Sequence record: OR896157.1
Length of the DNA stretch: 64,000 nucleotides
Reading direction: 5' to 3' (one strand)
From: a phage
The position numbers and the translations under genes are program-made. Shown in pieces: positions 25,506 through 36,871 of the stretch. The notes under the pieces were generated by a model. It did no database searches. It was not told the origin of the DNA and worked only from the letters and a program-made list of their open reading frames with translations. How positions within the stretch are numbered: the stretch's first letter is position 1; each line of letters opens with the position of its first letter.

Positions 25506-27241
25506 TGGAAATGATTAGTAACTCTCTTCAATGGTTCACAGGGGTTGTTGAAGATAGAATGGACCCGCTTAAGCGTGGTCGCGTACGCGTAAGAGTGCAT
25601 GGGCTTCATCCATTCCAGAAGACTCAAGGCCCTGTGATGGGTGTTCCAACTGAAGACCTTCCATGGATGAGTCCAATATTTCCAGTGACATCTGCAGCTA
25701 TTTCTGGCGTTGGCGGTTCAGTTACTGGCCCTGTTGAAGGAACTCACGTGTATGGTCATTTTTTAGACAAATACAGACAAAACGGAATTATTCTTGGAAC
25801 GTATGCAGCAAACGCAACTGCTCGTCCAAATAGAACTGAAGGATTCTCTGACCCGACTGGACAGTATCCTCGATATCTTGGTAATGACACTAACGCATTG
25901 AACCAAGGCGGAACCGAAGGCGACGATTATACAGCAAACATAGTTCAAGATAACAATCTTGACACCGGTATTAATCCAGATGATACCGACCTTGCTAATA
26001 TCCCAGAAGATAATAATCCTAACTATACGATTGAAGACATGATTCGCCGTGATGAAGGTCTTCGTTTGAAAGTTTACCGTGATTTAAACGGGCGCGGGTG
26101 GACAGTAGGGTTCGGTCACTATATTAGTGATAACCCAAATTTAACTAACGACCAAATAAATTCCGAATTATCTAAACAGGTTGGGAGAGAAGTAACTGGA
26201 AATCCAGGCTCTATTTCAATGGATGAAGCTTCAAAACTGTTTAAAGAAGATTTAGAAAAAGTTCAAAGAGACATGAGAAATAATGCAGCTGTTTCTCCAG
26301 TCTATATGAAAGTGAACAGATCTCGTCAAATGGCTCTTGAAAATATGAGTTTCCAGATGGGCATAGGCGGATTAGCCAAATTCACAAAAATGCTAGACGC
26401 CATGTTAATAGGCGATTGGAAAACTGCCTATAATGAAGCAAGAAATTCTCGTTGGTTCCAACAGACCAAAGGACGAGCATCTCGTGTTTCAATGATTATA
26501 TTGACCGGTAACTTGGAGTCATATGGTATTCCAGTATCTCCTCCAAGCCCAAAAAGTTTATCAGCGGCTGCTGTAGCTATGGCAACTGGGTCATCTGACC
26601 CGTGGGGACCACCAGTTCCTCAAACCGGAAGAATACTTTTTAAAGAACCGCCATCGTCATATAACGGTCAATATCCATATGTCCATACAATGGAAACTGA
26701 GTCTGGACATATTCAAGAATTTGATGATACTCCAGGATATGAACGTTATCGTATTGTTCATCCAACCGGAACATACGAAGAAGTTGCTCCTGACGGACGA
26801 AGAACAAGAAAAACTGTAGGCGACCTTTATGATATGACCGGTGGTGACGGAAATATTTTAATTTCAGGCGATAAGAAAGTCAACGTCGGTGGTGATGAAA
26901 CTTATTACAATATGGCTAATAAGATTAATCAAATCGATGGAAACAATACTCTCTTTATTCGTGGTGATGAAACTAAAACTATTGAAGGCGACGGAACCCT
27001 TTATGTGAAGGGTAATATCAAAATTGTTGTTGATGGAAATGCTGATATTCTTGTGAAGGGCGATGCAAAAACACAAGTTGAAGGCAACCACGACTACACT
27101 GTCAATGGTAATGTCACTTGGTCTGTTAAAGGTAACGTGTCAATGAATGTCACCGGAAACTGGGCTGAAACTATGCAGACAATGAGTTCTAAAGCATCTG
27201 GTCAGTACACTGTCGACGGTTCACGTATCGATATCGGTTGA
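25505..27241 (+). CDS. 5: gp5 baseplate hub / tail lysozyme
   Basis: 578 aa; internal lysozyme block RRDEGLRLKVYRDLNGRGWTVGFGHY; C-terminal beta-helix repeats. Confidence 0.9.
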   Translation: MEMISNSLQWFTGVVEDRMDPLKRGRVRVRVHGLHPFQKTQGPVMGVPTEDLPWMSPIFPVTSAAISGVGGSVTGPVEGTHVYGHFLDKYRQNGIILGTYAANATARPNRTEGFSDPTGQYPRYLGNDTNALNQGGTEGDDYTANIVQDNNLDTGINPDDTDLANIPEDNNPNYTIEDMIRRDEGLRLKVYRDLNGRGWTVGFGHYISDNPNLTNDQINSELSKQVGREVTGNPGSISMDEASKLFKEDLEKVQRDMRNNAAVSPVYMKVNRSRQMALENMSFQMGIGGLAKFTKMLDAMLIGDWKTAYNEARNSRWFQQTKGRASRVSMIILTGNLESYGIPVSPPSPKSLSAAAVAMATGSSDPWGPPVPQTGRILFKEPPSSYNGQYPYVHTMETESGHIQEFDDTPGYERYRIVHPTGTYEEVAPDGRRTRKTVGDLYDMTGGDGNILISGDKKVNVGGDETYYNMANKINQIDGNNTLFIRGDETKTIEGDGTLYVKGNIKIVVDGNADILVKGDAKTQVEGNHDYTVNGNVTWSVKGNVSMNVTGNWAETMQTMSSKASGQYTVDGSRIDIG

Positions 27242-27248
27242 GGTAATA

Positions 27249-27752
27249 ATGGTTGACATACTTCCAGTAAACACTGAGCTGCCTGATATTCAAGAAGGCG
27301 GTTCAGTTAATCAAACATTCACGGCTCAATTAGAAGCAACAGACACATTAGAGTCTATAAATATAATTGATTTTCAACCTACTCCTGGGATTACGGTTTC
27401 AGGAGCCAATTACAGCGGCGTATATGAAAGCGTCTTTTCCTTTGGAGGAGATGCTCTTAAATATCGAGAAGGTGATGAATTTAAAGTAGCCCAATCGTGG
27501 GAATCTTTACCACCTTCTGGTACAGCCGATTTATACCTCTGGAAAGCCCCCTCTAAACTTGAGAGGACCTTTACATACACAGTTAAGGTTATATATTGGA
27601 GACAAGGTGAAGACACTACAGGACCATCTGGTGAACCTGTCACACCTCCTCCAGTTAAAATGGAAATGACCAAAACTTATTCTCAGTTAGTGTATGGTAA
27701 TTGGAGCAAATGGGCTGAACAACTTCGTTCATACGTATATGCGAGACCATAA
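27249..27752 (+). CDS. gp5.1-like hypothetical protein
   Basis: position between 5 and 5.4. Confidence 0.5.
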   Translation: MVDILPVNTELPDIQEGGSVNQTFTAQLEATDTLESINIIDFQPTPGITVSGANYSGVYESVFSFGGDALKYREGDEFKVAQSWESLPPSGTADLYLWKAPSKLERTFTYTVKVIYWRQGEDTTGPSGEPVTPPPVKMEMTKTYSQLVYGNWSKWAEQLRSYVYARP

Positions 27753-28048
27753 TGGCCGGATTAAGTTATGACAAAGCTTTAACTGCAGGCCACTCTGCTT
27801 ATCCTCCAACGCAAGTAAATGCGACACAGGGAAAAGTATTTGTTGGTGGAATTGCAGTTCTAGTAGATGGAGACCAAATAACTCCTCATACTAAAACAGT
27901 TAAACCCTACGACACTCACGGGGGTTCTGTTCAACCTCGTACAAGTAAAGTGTTCGTTACAGGAAAGAAAGCCGTTCAAATGGCTGACCCTATTTCTTGC
28001 GGTGACACTGTAGCCGAATCGAGTAACAAAGTATTCATTCACGGATAA
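27752..28048 (+). CDS. 5.4: gp5.4 PAAR-repeat spike tip protein
   Basis: 98 aa, PAAR-like repeats, position. Confidence 0.75.
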   Translation: MAGLSYDKALTAGHSAYPPTQVNATQGKVFVGGIAVLVDGDQITPHTKTVKPYDTHGGSVQPRTSKVFVTGKKAVQMADPISCGDTVAESSNKVFIHG

Positions 28049-28052
28049 AACA

Positions 28053-29999
28053 ATGGCAACTACTGAACCCTTTAACTATCAATTAAAAAGAACCGCGAAT
28101 GCGATTCCTGAAGTTTTCATCGGCGGCACGTTCCAAGAAATTAAAAAGAACTTCGTTGACTGGCTGCGCGGCCAAAATGAGTTTTTAGATTATGATTTCG
28201 AAGGTTCACGCATGAACGTACTGCTGGACCTCTTAGCATACAACACTCTTTACATTCAGCAATTCGGTAATAGCGCAGTGTATGAATCATTCATGCGTAC
28301 TGCCAACCTCAGAAGCTCAGTTGTTCAAGCAGCTCAAGATAATGGATATCTTCCATCTTCTCGTTCGGCAGCTAAAACACAAATCATGCTGGAATGTACT
28401 CATGCATTGAATGAAAACAGTTTAAGAATTCCTCGCGGAACAAGATTCCTTGCATACGCTCGAGACACAAGCGCTGACCCGTATCCATTCGTAACTACTG
28501 AAGACGTAATTGCGTTAAAAGACCAAAACAACCTGTATTTCCCTCGTGTTAAATTAGCACAAGGTCGTATTGTTCGCACTGAATTAAAATACAATAAGTT
28601 GAAACCAATTATCATCAGGGACGAAAATATCGACCGGTCAGAGGTTCGTTTGTTCGTTGATGGTGCAGAATGGACTAACTGGACTTACAAGTCAATGGTA
28701 CATGCTGGTTCTACATCAACAATTTATTACATGCGCGAAACTGTAGATGGTCACACCGAATTCTTCTTTGGAGAAGGTGAGCAATCTGTTTCCGTCGCTG
28801 GCGCAGCTTTAGAAGCTAACTACATCGGCGGGTTAAAACCTATTCAAGACCAAACTATCGTTATTGAATATATTCGTACTGATGGTGAACGAGCAAACGG
28901 TGCTACTGAATTTTCTTATGCTGATACACTCCCGTATATAAGTGTACAGAAAATCTACGAAAACCCAGATGATTCTCCAGATTACGTTGGTGCTGATGGT
29001 GGTGGTGACCCTGAAGATATTGAACGTATTCGCGAACTCGGAACTATTAAAAGAGAAGCTCAAGCTCGTTGCGTAACCGCAACTGACTATGATACTTTCG
29101 TTTCAGAGCGTTTCGGTTCAATAGTTCAAGCTGTACAGACATTTACTGACCAATATAAACCTGGCTATGCATTTATTGCAATTAAACCAAAATCTGGACT
29201 GTACTTAACTTCTGTTCAAAGAGAAGACATTCAGAACTATCTGAAGCCATTTAACTTGGCTACGATTACTCCATCTGTTATTTCTCCGAACTATTTGTTC
29301 TTGAAGCATAAAATTAAAGTTACTTATGCTTTAAACAAACTTCAAGAATCAGAGCAGTGGTTACATGGACAAATCATCGATAAAATTGATGAGTATTACA
29401 CCAATGAAGTTGAAATTTTCAATGCTCAATTTGCTAAGTCAAGAATGTTGACTTATGTTGACAGAGCAGACCATTCAATTATCGGTTCATCTGCCGAAAT
29501 TGAAATGATTCGTGAAGTTCAAAACTTCTTTGAAACTCCATCTTCAGGTATTAAATACTATAACCAGATTACTCCACGCAGTTTAAAATCAAGCGAATTC
29601 AAATTCATTAAAGGCTCTTCATCTTACATGGTACGTTTAGCTGGTACTGTCGGTGATGGCAAAAAAGGTAAAATTGTTCTTGGGCCATTTAAAGCCGGGG
29701 ATTTAGCAGCTACTCCAGCCGCTCCAATTTATACCGGTAGTGATTTTGAAAAGCTTCCAGTAACTGATGGAAGAAATACATATTTCGTTGTTGGTGAAGT
29801 AGATTATCCATCTGATTATATCTATTGGAATATCGCAGCTCTTAATATTAACTCAAGTTTATTTGACGTTCAATCAATTGAGCTTTATTCTTCACCAAAA
29901 GAAAACAACATTTTCACTAAAGATGGTTCATTGATTGTATTTGAGAATGATCTTCGTCCTCAATACACGACCATCACATTGGAGCCTATTGCACAATGA
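28053..29999 (+). CDS. 6: gp6 baseplate wedge protein
   Basis: 648 aa, synteny. Confidence 0.8.
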   Translation: MATTEPFNYQLKRTANAIPEVFIGGTFQEIKKNFVDWLRGQNEFLDYDFEGSRMNVLLDLLAYNTLYIQQFGNSAVYESFMRTANLRSSVVQAAQDNGYLPSSRSAAKTQIMLECTHALNENSLRIPRGTRFLAYARDTSADPYPFVTTEDVIALKDQNNLYFPRVKLAQGRIVRTELKYNKLKPIIIRDENIDRSEVRLFVDGAEWTNWTYKSMVHAGSTSTIYYMRETVDGHTEFFFGEGEQSVSVAGAALEANYIGGLKPIQDQTIVIEYIRTDGERANGATEFSYADTLPYISVQKIYENPDDSPDYVGADGGGDPEDIERIRELGTIKREAQARCVTATDYDTFVSERFGSIVQAVQTFTDQYKPGYAFIAIKPKSGLYLTSVQREDIQNYLKPFNLATITPSVISPNYLFLKHKIKVTYALNKLQESEQWLHGQIIDKIDEYYTNEVEIFNAQFAKSRMLTYVDRADHSIIGSSAEIEMIREVQNFFETPSSGIKYYNQITPRSLKSSEFKFIKGSSSYMVRLAGTVGDGKKGKIVLGPFKAGDLAATPAAPIYTGSDFEKLPVTDGRNTYFVVGEVDYPSDYIYWNIAALNINSSLFDVQSIELYSSPKENNIFTKDGSLIVFENDLRPQYTTITLEPIAQ

Positions 30000-32900
30000 C
30001 TGTAAAAGCACCTTCTGTTACAAGTCTCAGAATAACAAAACTATCTGCAAACCAAGTTCAAATTAAGTGGGATGACGTTGGTGCTAACTTCTTCTATTTT
30101 GTTGAACTTGCAGAGACTCGTAACCAAAACGGGGAGATTATACTCCCCGAAAATTATCAATGGAGAAATTTAGGCTATACTGCCGAAAATGAATTTTTCG
30201 AAGACAACTACATTCGTCCATTAAGTTATTATGTTATGCGTGTAGCTGTGGCTGCTGAAGGGTTTGAGCAATCAAATTGGAAAATGACTGAAGAATTTCA
30301 GACGTTTGAAACGAACGTTTATACGTTTGAAATGATGCGTCAGATGACTTTATCTAAGCAGTTCATTGAAGAAAAATTCACTAAAGATAACCAAGATTTT
30401 GTGAATTTTAACCGTGATACTATCATGGCATCTTTGATGGATGAAACATTCCAATTTTCTCCTGAATATCGCACGGCTTCTTCTGTTAACAATTTTATTC
30501 TTAAAGAAGATGAATACCATGAAATTCAAGGCGACATAGCTAAAATCTGTAAAGATAAAGAGCGTGTAATGCTTATGGAATCTGAGGGAGTTCTTTATCT
30601 CTTTGAAAGATTCCAGAATATCGTTAAAGTATCAAACGATAAAGGACAGACTTGGAAGGCCGTACGATTACTCAATGATCGCGTAGGGAACCCAGTATCA
30701 AAAAATGTATATTACCAAACGCGGAACACTACGTATCTCCTGGGATACGACAGGGTCTTCTACGGACGTAAGAGTAATGACATTCGTTGGTCGGCAGATG
30801 ACGTAAAATTTAGTTCACAGGATGTTACGTTTGCTAAAATTGGTGACCAACTTAAACTCGGATTTGATGTAGAAATTTTTGGTACTTATGCTCGGCTTCC
30901 ATTAGCAGTTCAGAAATATGCTGAAGCTATCACAGCAACAGATAGTATGATTTATGTTGCTGGTCGTGATGTTGTTTACAGAGCTAAGACTAGAAATGCT
31001 CCTATCGACCAAGACCCATTATCACCTACGTTTGGTGAAAAACTGTTCGATAATTGGACTTCAAGAATCACTGGTAATTCAAAAGCAGTTTGTCATAACT
31101 TAGTTTCCGTAGATGGTGTAACTTTAGCATTAATCACTGGTGAAGTTAGAAACGAATTAGACGATCGTACTATTCCAGATAATGTTATCGATTCAGAATC
31201 TAAAGGTGTTTATCTTTTAGAAGGGGATAACTGGGTAAGAGTCTTTGGAAACACTGCAGAAGAACGTAGACGTATAGAACATGGTTATACTTCAATGTCT
31301 ACTAATGGAACTGATATTTTCTTCAGTTCAAGTAACTTTAAGTTTCTGGACTCTAATGTGGTACCAGACCCAGAAACAACTGCAAAATATGGTCTTTTAG
31401 GCGCTGTTAAGTATGAATTCACAAGAGAATGGTTGTCTGACAAACATTATCATATGATGAGTTTCAGAACCAATTCTAAGAGCGGATTTAAAACTTTTGT
31501 TCCAGGCGCGATGAATTACTACGCTGAACCATTCTTTAACTGGTCTCGTAAATCAAAAACTCGTTGCTGGATTGACACATCATACAGAATTGCGGTTGTT
31601 TATTCTGATATCACTCACTCTAAAGTCATTGATATTAATGGCTCGGGTTCTCCTGACCGAGTGTTGCATGAATACTGGGATAAAGGCACTTGTACAGTAA
31701 CAAGTCCTAACATTCAGTTTGACAATTTCACAAAATATGCTTCTGGTATTTTATTCCACAAAATGTCAGGTGAAATCATTTCATACTTCGAATTTGATTA
31801 TCGAGTTCGTGATGAAGTGTCTATCATATGGAAACCATCTGAAATTTTCTTAAAAGCATATCTTCAGAACCAAGAAAGAGTTGTTCCTTGGACTCCAGAC
31901 AATCGTGACGGACTTAAAGACCCTGATTTGCGTCCATTACTGAATACAATGATGCCAGATAGCTATTTGTTAGAAGAAAGCAACTTTGAGGCTTTCTGCG
32001 AAGCTTATATTCAGTACCTGTCAGATGGGTATGGAACTCAGTACAACAATTTGCTGAATTTAATTCGTAACAAATATCCTCGTGAAAAAGACGCTTGGGA
32101 ATATTTGTGGTCTGAAGTTTATAAGCGCAATATCTATTTGAATCCAGATAAACGAGATGCTGTCTCAAGATTCTTTGAAGCTCGTAAGTCTGATTTTTAT
32201 TCAACTAAAGGTATTGAAGCTTCTTATCAATTCTTGTTCAAATTGTTATACAATGAAAACGTTGAAATTGAAATTGAATCAAATCCTGGAACAGAATACG
32301 ATATTATCATTGAATCTGATTCAGTGAACGACGATTTAGTTGGTCATACAATTTATACAGCGACCGGGCGTACAAACGTTACTTATGTTGAACGTCACTA
32401 TAATGAAGGTCGTTTGCAATGGCGAATCACAATTCACAACCTTTTAGGTCGTTTAATTGTGGGACAAGAGATTAAAGCGGAGCGTATGCCCGGATTTAGT
32501 GGAACAATTGTCCAAGGCGTTCGTGGTAAAGAATTGGTTGAAAATACCATCGAGTATATCAACCGTAACCGTTCTTACTATGTGATGAAAATTAAATCAA
32601 ATCTTCCTACGTCAAGATACAGAAATGATGTTTTAAGATTTGTTCATCCAGTCGGTTTTGGATTTATTGGTATCACGTTATTGACTATGTTCATTAACGT
32701 TGGTTTGACCCTTAAACACGTTCAAACTATAATCAATAAATACAAAAACTACAAATGGGATGCAGGACTTCCACTTATTTGGCCTGACCGAGTAGCTCAA
32801 TTAGATTCAAATGGAAATATCGAGCATAACGATGTTACTGGAGAGGCTCTTTATTTACCTCATCCAAGAGCAAACGAAGACTTTGATATTCCTGACGACT

Positions 32901-33094
32901 ATGATGCTGAAAACAATAACTCAGTAATAGCTGGTCAGCTTCCATCGGAAAGACGAAAACCAATGAGCCCTACATTCGACCAAAGTGCAGTAACATTCTC
33001 CAATTGGAGAGATTTGGTTAATTCAAGACTTATTGATAAAGTTAATATCCCTCGTGACCCGGCTAATCCAACACAGGTTAAGATTAATGAATGA
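29996..33094 (+). CDS. 7: gp7 baseplate wedge initiator
   Basis: 1032 aa, same length as T4 gp7. Confidence 0.85.
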   Translation: MTVKAPSVTSLRITKLSANQVQIKWDDVGANFFYFVELAETRNQNGEIILPENYQWRNLGYTAENEFFEDNYIRPLSYYVMRVAVAAEGFEQSNWKMTEEFQTFETNVYTFEMMRQMTLSKQFIEEKFTKDNQDFVNFNRDTIMASLMDETFQFSPEYRTASSVNNFILKEDEYHEIQGDIAKICKDKERVMLMESEGVLYLFERFQNIVKVSNDKGQTWKAVRLLNDRVGNPVSKNVYYQTRNTTYLLGYDRVFYGRKSNDIRWSADDVKFSSQDVTFAKIGDQLKLGFDVEIFGTYARLPLAVQKYAEAITATDSMIYVAGRDVVYRAKTRNAPIDQDPLSPTFGEKLFDNWTSRITGNSKAVCHNLVSVDGVTLALITGEVRNELDDRTIPDNVIDSESKGVYLLEGDNWVRVFGNTAEERRRIEHGYTSMSTNGTDIFFSSSNFKFLDSNVVPDPETTAKYGLLGAVKYEFTREWLSDKHYHMMSFRTNSKSGFKTFVPGAMNYYAEPFFNWSRKSKTRCWIDTSYRIAVVYSDITHSKVIDINGSGSPDRVLHEYWDKGTCTVTSPNIQFDNFTKYASGILFHKMSGEIISYFEFDYRVRDEVSIIWKPSEIFLKAYLQNQERVVPWTPDNRDGLKDPDLRPLLNTMMPDSYLLEESNFEAFCEAYIQYLSDGYGTQYNNLLNLIRNKYPREKDAWEYLWSEVYKRNIYLNPDKRDAVSRFFEARKSDFYSTKGIEASYQFLFKLLYNENVEIEIESNPGTEYDIIIESDSVNDDLVGHTIYTATGRTNVTYVERHYNEGRLQWRITIHNLLGRLIVGQEIKAERMPGFSGTIVQGVRGKELVENTIEYINRNRSYYVMKIKSNLPTSRYRNDVLRFVHPVGFGFIGITLLTMFINVGLTLKHVQTIINKYKNYKWDAGLPLIWPDRVAQLDSNGNIEHNDVTGEALYLPHPRANEDFDIPDDYDAENNNSVIAGQLPSERRKPMSPTFDQSAVTFSNWRDLVNSRLIDKVNIPRDPANPTQVKINE

Positions 33095-34097
33095 TTCAAG
33101 CGTAATCTATCGTTCCATAGTGACTTCAAAATTCCGTACTGAAAAGATGCTGAATTTTTATGAGTCAATTGGTGATGGCGATAATCAAAACACAATTTAC
33201 ATCACATTCGGACGAAGTGAACCTTGGTCAGATAACGAATCGGAGGTGGGGTTCGCCCCACCATATCCAGTAGATAATACACAAGGCGTTGAAGATATGT
33301 GGACTCATATGATGGGTTCAGTAAAAGTAATGCCTTCTATGCTGGACGCAATTATTCCCCGTAAAGATTGGGGAGATATTCGTTATCCTAACCCAAGAAA
33401 CTTTTCAATTGGTGAAATTGTTGTTGTAAACAGTGCTCCATATAACGCCACAGAAGTAGGTAGTGGCTGGTTGGTATATCGTTGTATTGATATTCCTGAT
33501 GCAGGCACATGCTCAATTAATACTATCAAAAATAAAGAAGAGTGTATTAAGCTCGGTGGTAAATGGACTTCTTCTGTTCAATCAGCATTTCCTCCAAGAG
33601 GACGTGGCGATGCAATAAACGATAATAAGATTGATATGAAAGACGGATATCTTTGGGAATATCTTTATGAGATTCCACCTGATGTTTCTATCAACCGTTG
33701 CACAAACGAATATATTGTCGTTCCTTGGCCTGATGAAGTTAAAGAAGACCCAGAACGTTGGGGTTACAACAATAACTTGGAATGGGAACACGACGCGTAT
33801 GGAATTATCTATCGCGTAAAAGCATATACTATTCGATTTAAAGCATATTTCGATTCAGTATATTTCCCAGAAGCAGCTTTACCTGGTAACAAAGGCTTCC
33901 GTCAAATTTCAGTTATTACTAATCCATTAGAAGCTAAAAAGATACCTTCTGAGCCAAATAAAAAGGCTAAGAATTTATGGTACAACCCTATTGATTTAAG
34001 CCGTCATTCCGGTGAAATGATTTACATGGAAAACAGGCCTCCTATCATTATGGCTATGGACCAAACCGAAGAAATTAACATCATCTTCGAATTCTAA
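33087..34097 (+). CDS. 8: gp8 baseplate wedge protein
   Basis: start at MNDSS (ATGAATGA overlap with gene 7 stop); about 336 aa. Confidence 0.8.
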   Translation: MNDSSVIYRSIVTSKFRTEKMLNFYESIGDGDNQNTIYITFGRSEPWSDNESEVGFAPPYPVDNTQGVEDMWTHMMGSVKVMPSMLDAIIPRKDWGDIRYPNPRNFSIGEIVVVNSAPYNATEVGSGWLVYRCIDIPDAGTCSINTIKNKEECIKLGGKWTSSVQSAFPPRGRGDAINDNKIDMKDGYLWEYLYEIPPDVSINRCTNEYIVVPWPDEVKEDPERWGYNNNLEWEHDAYGIIYRVKAYTIRFKAYFDSVYFPEAALPGNKGFRQISVITNPLEAKKIPSEPNKKAKNLWYNPIDLSRHSGEMIYMENRPPIIMAMDQTEEINIIFEF

Positions 34098-34099
34098 TG

Positions 34100-34123
34100 C
34101 GGGAGCCTGAGGGCTCCCATTTT
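34100..34123 (+). terminator. hairpin gggagcc-ugag-ggcuccc plus U-run
   Basis: directly after gene 8 and before gene 9 late promoter. Confidence 0.5.
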
Positions 34124-34124
34124 T

Positions 34125-34132
34125 GTATAAAT
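34125..34132 (+). promoter_or_regulatory. late promoter TATAAATA for gene 9
   Basis: exact motif about 25 nt upstream of ATG. Confidence 0.6.
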
Positions 34133-34157
34133 AGCATATATCAATAGAGGACTTATT

Positions 34158-35066
34158 ATGTTCGAACAAGAAGCAAAGCAACTAATTGACGTCGGTGAAA
34201 TTGGTAACGCATCGACCGGTGATATTTTGTTCGATGGCGGTAACAAAATTAACAACAACTTCAACGGCATTTATAATGCATTTGGCGACCAAAGAAAAAT
34301 GGCCTTAGACAATGGCCAAGGTTCTGGAGTTGGACAAGTAATTCATGCTACTGGCTATTGGCAGAAATCAAATGACCCATTGGAATTTACCACTCCAGTT
34401 CCTAACGGCTCTCAATATGATATTGACACTTCAGGTGGAGCTGTACAAGTTACTTTAAGTAAAGGCGTTCGTGGGGAAGCAGTATTTTTCTGCAACAGCA
34501 ATGGCTCATTCTCTCCAACTAACCCATTGACTATTGACGCAAACGACACATTTGCAACTGTAACAGGTTCATTAAGAATTACGTCTCCTTATGTATTTGT
34601 AAAATGCTGGTGTATTTCTGATGAAGGCGGCCGTTCTGTTTGGGATTATTCAGTAGAAAGTATGTTTGGTGAAAAACATATTCCAACTGATGGCACTTGG
34701 CAATTAGGAGCTGTTGGTACTTCTGTAGATATTCCGTTGTTCCATAATACTGAATTTACTATAGCGAAATATCTTATTACTGCGGAAACCAGCAATGGTT
34801 CAAAAGCCAAAAGTTGCGAAATAAATATTCACATAGACAGAATTAAGAGAGAAGTTAATAGTGTAGAATATGCAGTAATTCGAATTGGAGCAGTTGACAC
34901 TCCAGCTACTTCTACAACTCCTGAAGTGATAGACAAAATTTTCGTTCCGTCATTTTCTATTAACCCTACCACAGGATATGTAGTCCTGACATTAACGCCA
35001 GGAGTCGCTGGTTTGAGAGCGGCAGTTAAAGCTATCGCTACACAGAAAATTGGGAATCCAAGATGA
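34158..35066 (+). CDS. 9: gp9 baseplate wedge / long tail-fibre socket
   Basis: N-terminus LIDVGEIGNASTGDILFDGGNKINNNFN very close to T4 gp9. Confidence 0.85.
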   Translation: MFEQEAKQLIDVGEIGNASTGDILFDGGNKINNNFNGIYNAFGDQRKMALDNGQGSGVGQVIHATGYWQKSNDPLEFTTPVPNGSQYDIDTSGGAVQVTLSKGVRGEAVFFCNSNGSFSPTNPLTIDANDTFATVTGSLRITSPYVFVKCWCISDEGGRSVWDYSVESMFGEKHIPTDGTWQLGAVGTSVDIPLFHNTEFTIAKYLITAETSNGSKAKSCEINIHIDRIKREVNSVEYAVIRIGAVDTPATSTTPEVIDKIFVPSFSINPTTGYVVLTLTPGVAGLRAAVKAIATQKIGNPR

Positions 35067-36871
35067 AGCAAGATATTAAAATTGGTCAAGCTGTTGATGA
35101 CGGCTCCGGCGACTACCTGCGTAAGGGTGGTCAAAAAATTAATGATAACTTTGACGAGTTGTATTACGAGCTTGGCGATGGAGATGTTCCGTTTGCTGCT
35201 GGCGCGTGGAAAAACCACAAGACTTCTACAGCAGCCACGTTAAACGCTGAATGGGGTAAAGCTTATGTGCTTGATACTTCAACTGGTCGTTTAAATGTGC
35301 GTCTTCCTAAAGGTACTGCGAATGATTATAATAAAGTCATTCGTTTACGAGACGTTTATGCAACTTGGCAAGTTAACCCTATAACTATTATTCCTGGTTC
35401 AGGAGATACTTTAAAAGGTGATTCTCGTCCAAGAGAAATTCGCACTCAATTCGCTGACTTGGAAATGGTGTATTGCCCTCCAGGCCGTTGGGAATATGTT
35501 GAAAATAAGCAAATCAACAGAATTTCAAATAGTGAATTGAGCACAGTAGTTCGTAAAGAGTTTTTAGTTAAAACTAACGGACAAACTGATTTCCCTGATG
35601 TGTTCAGTGGAACAGAATATAACATTGGAAATACCCAAGTATTCCATCGTGGTAACATTCTGTATTACGGTGAGAAATTCAGTGCAACTGATTCTGATTT
35701 TGGTTCAATTGGACCAAATGGAACAAGAGTTGCTCTTGATGGTAAAAGCATTAAGCTGAAAAACCCGGCTAATGCAGGTGATACTGTAATTGTAGTATCT
35801 TACTTAGATGGTATTTCTCAATTCCGTAGTTCTTATAATAGACGATCAGTCACTTTGAGAGATTCATCTAAAACTAACCAGACATCTATTGAAGGTTCAT
35901 TGTTAGTTGACGATTTAAAAACTCTTAGATATTTCCCATTAAGTGCATTTGGTATTGATAGTTTCTCTCCTGTAAACCATCAATCTATGGAAGTTCGTTT
36001 TAATGGAATACTTCAGAACGAAGCTGGTACTGCAGGTCTTCCATTAGCTCGTTGTATTGATGCTATTGCAGATGACGCATTTACATGTCAGGCTCTTGGC
36101 GGAACTTGGCAAAACAGTAAACTTGACTATGTTCTTGATATCGATGACAATAATAAATTGATTGGTATCGAAACAGACCGTGAAATGGAAGATGGCGACA
36201 TTATTACTTTAACTTGGTACAACAACCAAATTGGTACAGTAATGGAGCTTGAAGACATTCTTAATGAAACTGACGCAAAATATGTATCTAAAGGCGAAGT
36301 TCTCAATCTCACTGGTCAAGTACGTATTACTAACCAAAACAAACCAGGTTGGCCTAATGTTGCTCCTGAACCAGCTGCTGCTGTTGAAGTAAATAATGTT
36401 CAAAACTTATTTGATTTGGTTTATCCGATTGGAACAATTTACGAAAACGCAGTAAACCCTAATAACCCAGCAACATATATGGGATTTGGTACTTGGGTTC
36501 TGTGGGGACAAGGTAAAGTTGTTGCTGGCTGGAATAACGATACAACCGACCCTAATTTCGCAATGAACAATAACGATTTGGATGTAAATGGTAATCCAAG
36601 TCATACCGCTGGTGGAACTGGTGGTGTAATTAGCAATGAATTAGAAAACGCTCAAATTCCTGCTTCTCAAACAACTGAAAAAGTTTTAGTAGTTGACCCT
36701 AATGGACCTATTGTCGTTGGCGGATGTCAATTTGACCCAGATGAACAAGGGCCTGCTTATACTAAATATCGTGAATCGGTTGCTAACATCAATCCAACTC
36801 ACACACCTCCAAAATCAGTAACTAATATTCAGCCATATGTTACCGCATATCGTTGGTTAAGGGTTTCTTAA
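35063..36871 (+). CDS. 10: gp10 baseplate wedge and tail pin
   Basis: 602 aa, same length as T4 gp10. Confidence 0.85.
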   Translation: MKQDIKIGQAVDDGSGDYLRKGGQKINDNFDELYYELGDGDVPFAAGAWKNHKTSTAATLNAEWGKAYVLDTSTGRLNVRLPKGTANDYNKVIRLRDVYATWQVNPITIIPGSGDTLKGDSRPREIRTQFADLEMVYCPPGRWEYVENKQINRISNSELSTVVRKEFLVKTNGQTDFPDVFSGTEYNIGNTQVFHRGNILYYGEKFSATDSDFGSIGPNGTRVALDGKSIKLKNPANAGDTVIVVSYLDGISQFRSSYNRRSVTLRDSSKTNQTSIEGSLLVDDLKTLRYFPLSAFGIDSFSPVNHQSMEVRFNGILQNEAGTAGLPLARCIDAIADDAFTCQALGGTWQNSKLDYVLDIDDNNKLIGIETDREMEDGDIITLTWYNNQIGTVMELEDILNETDAKYVSKGEVLNLTGQVRITNQNKPGWPNVAPEPAAAVEVNNVQNLFDLVYPIGTIYENAVNPNNPATYMGFGTWVLWGQGKVVAGWNNDTTDPNFAMNNNDLDVNGNPSHTAGGTGGVISNELENAQIPASQTTEKVLVVDPNGPIVVGGCQFDPDEQGPAYTKYRESVANINPTHTPPKSVTNIQPYVTAYRWLRVS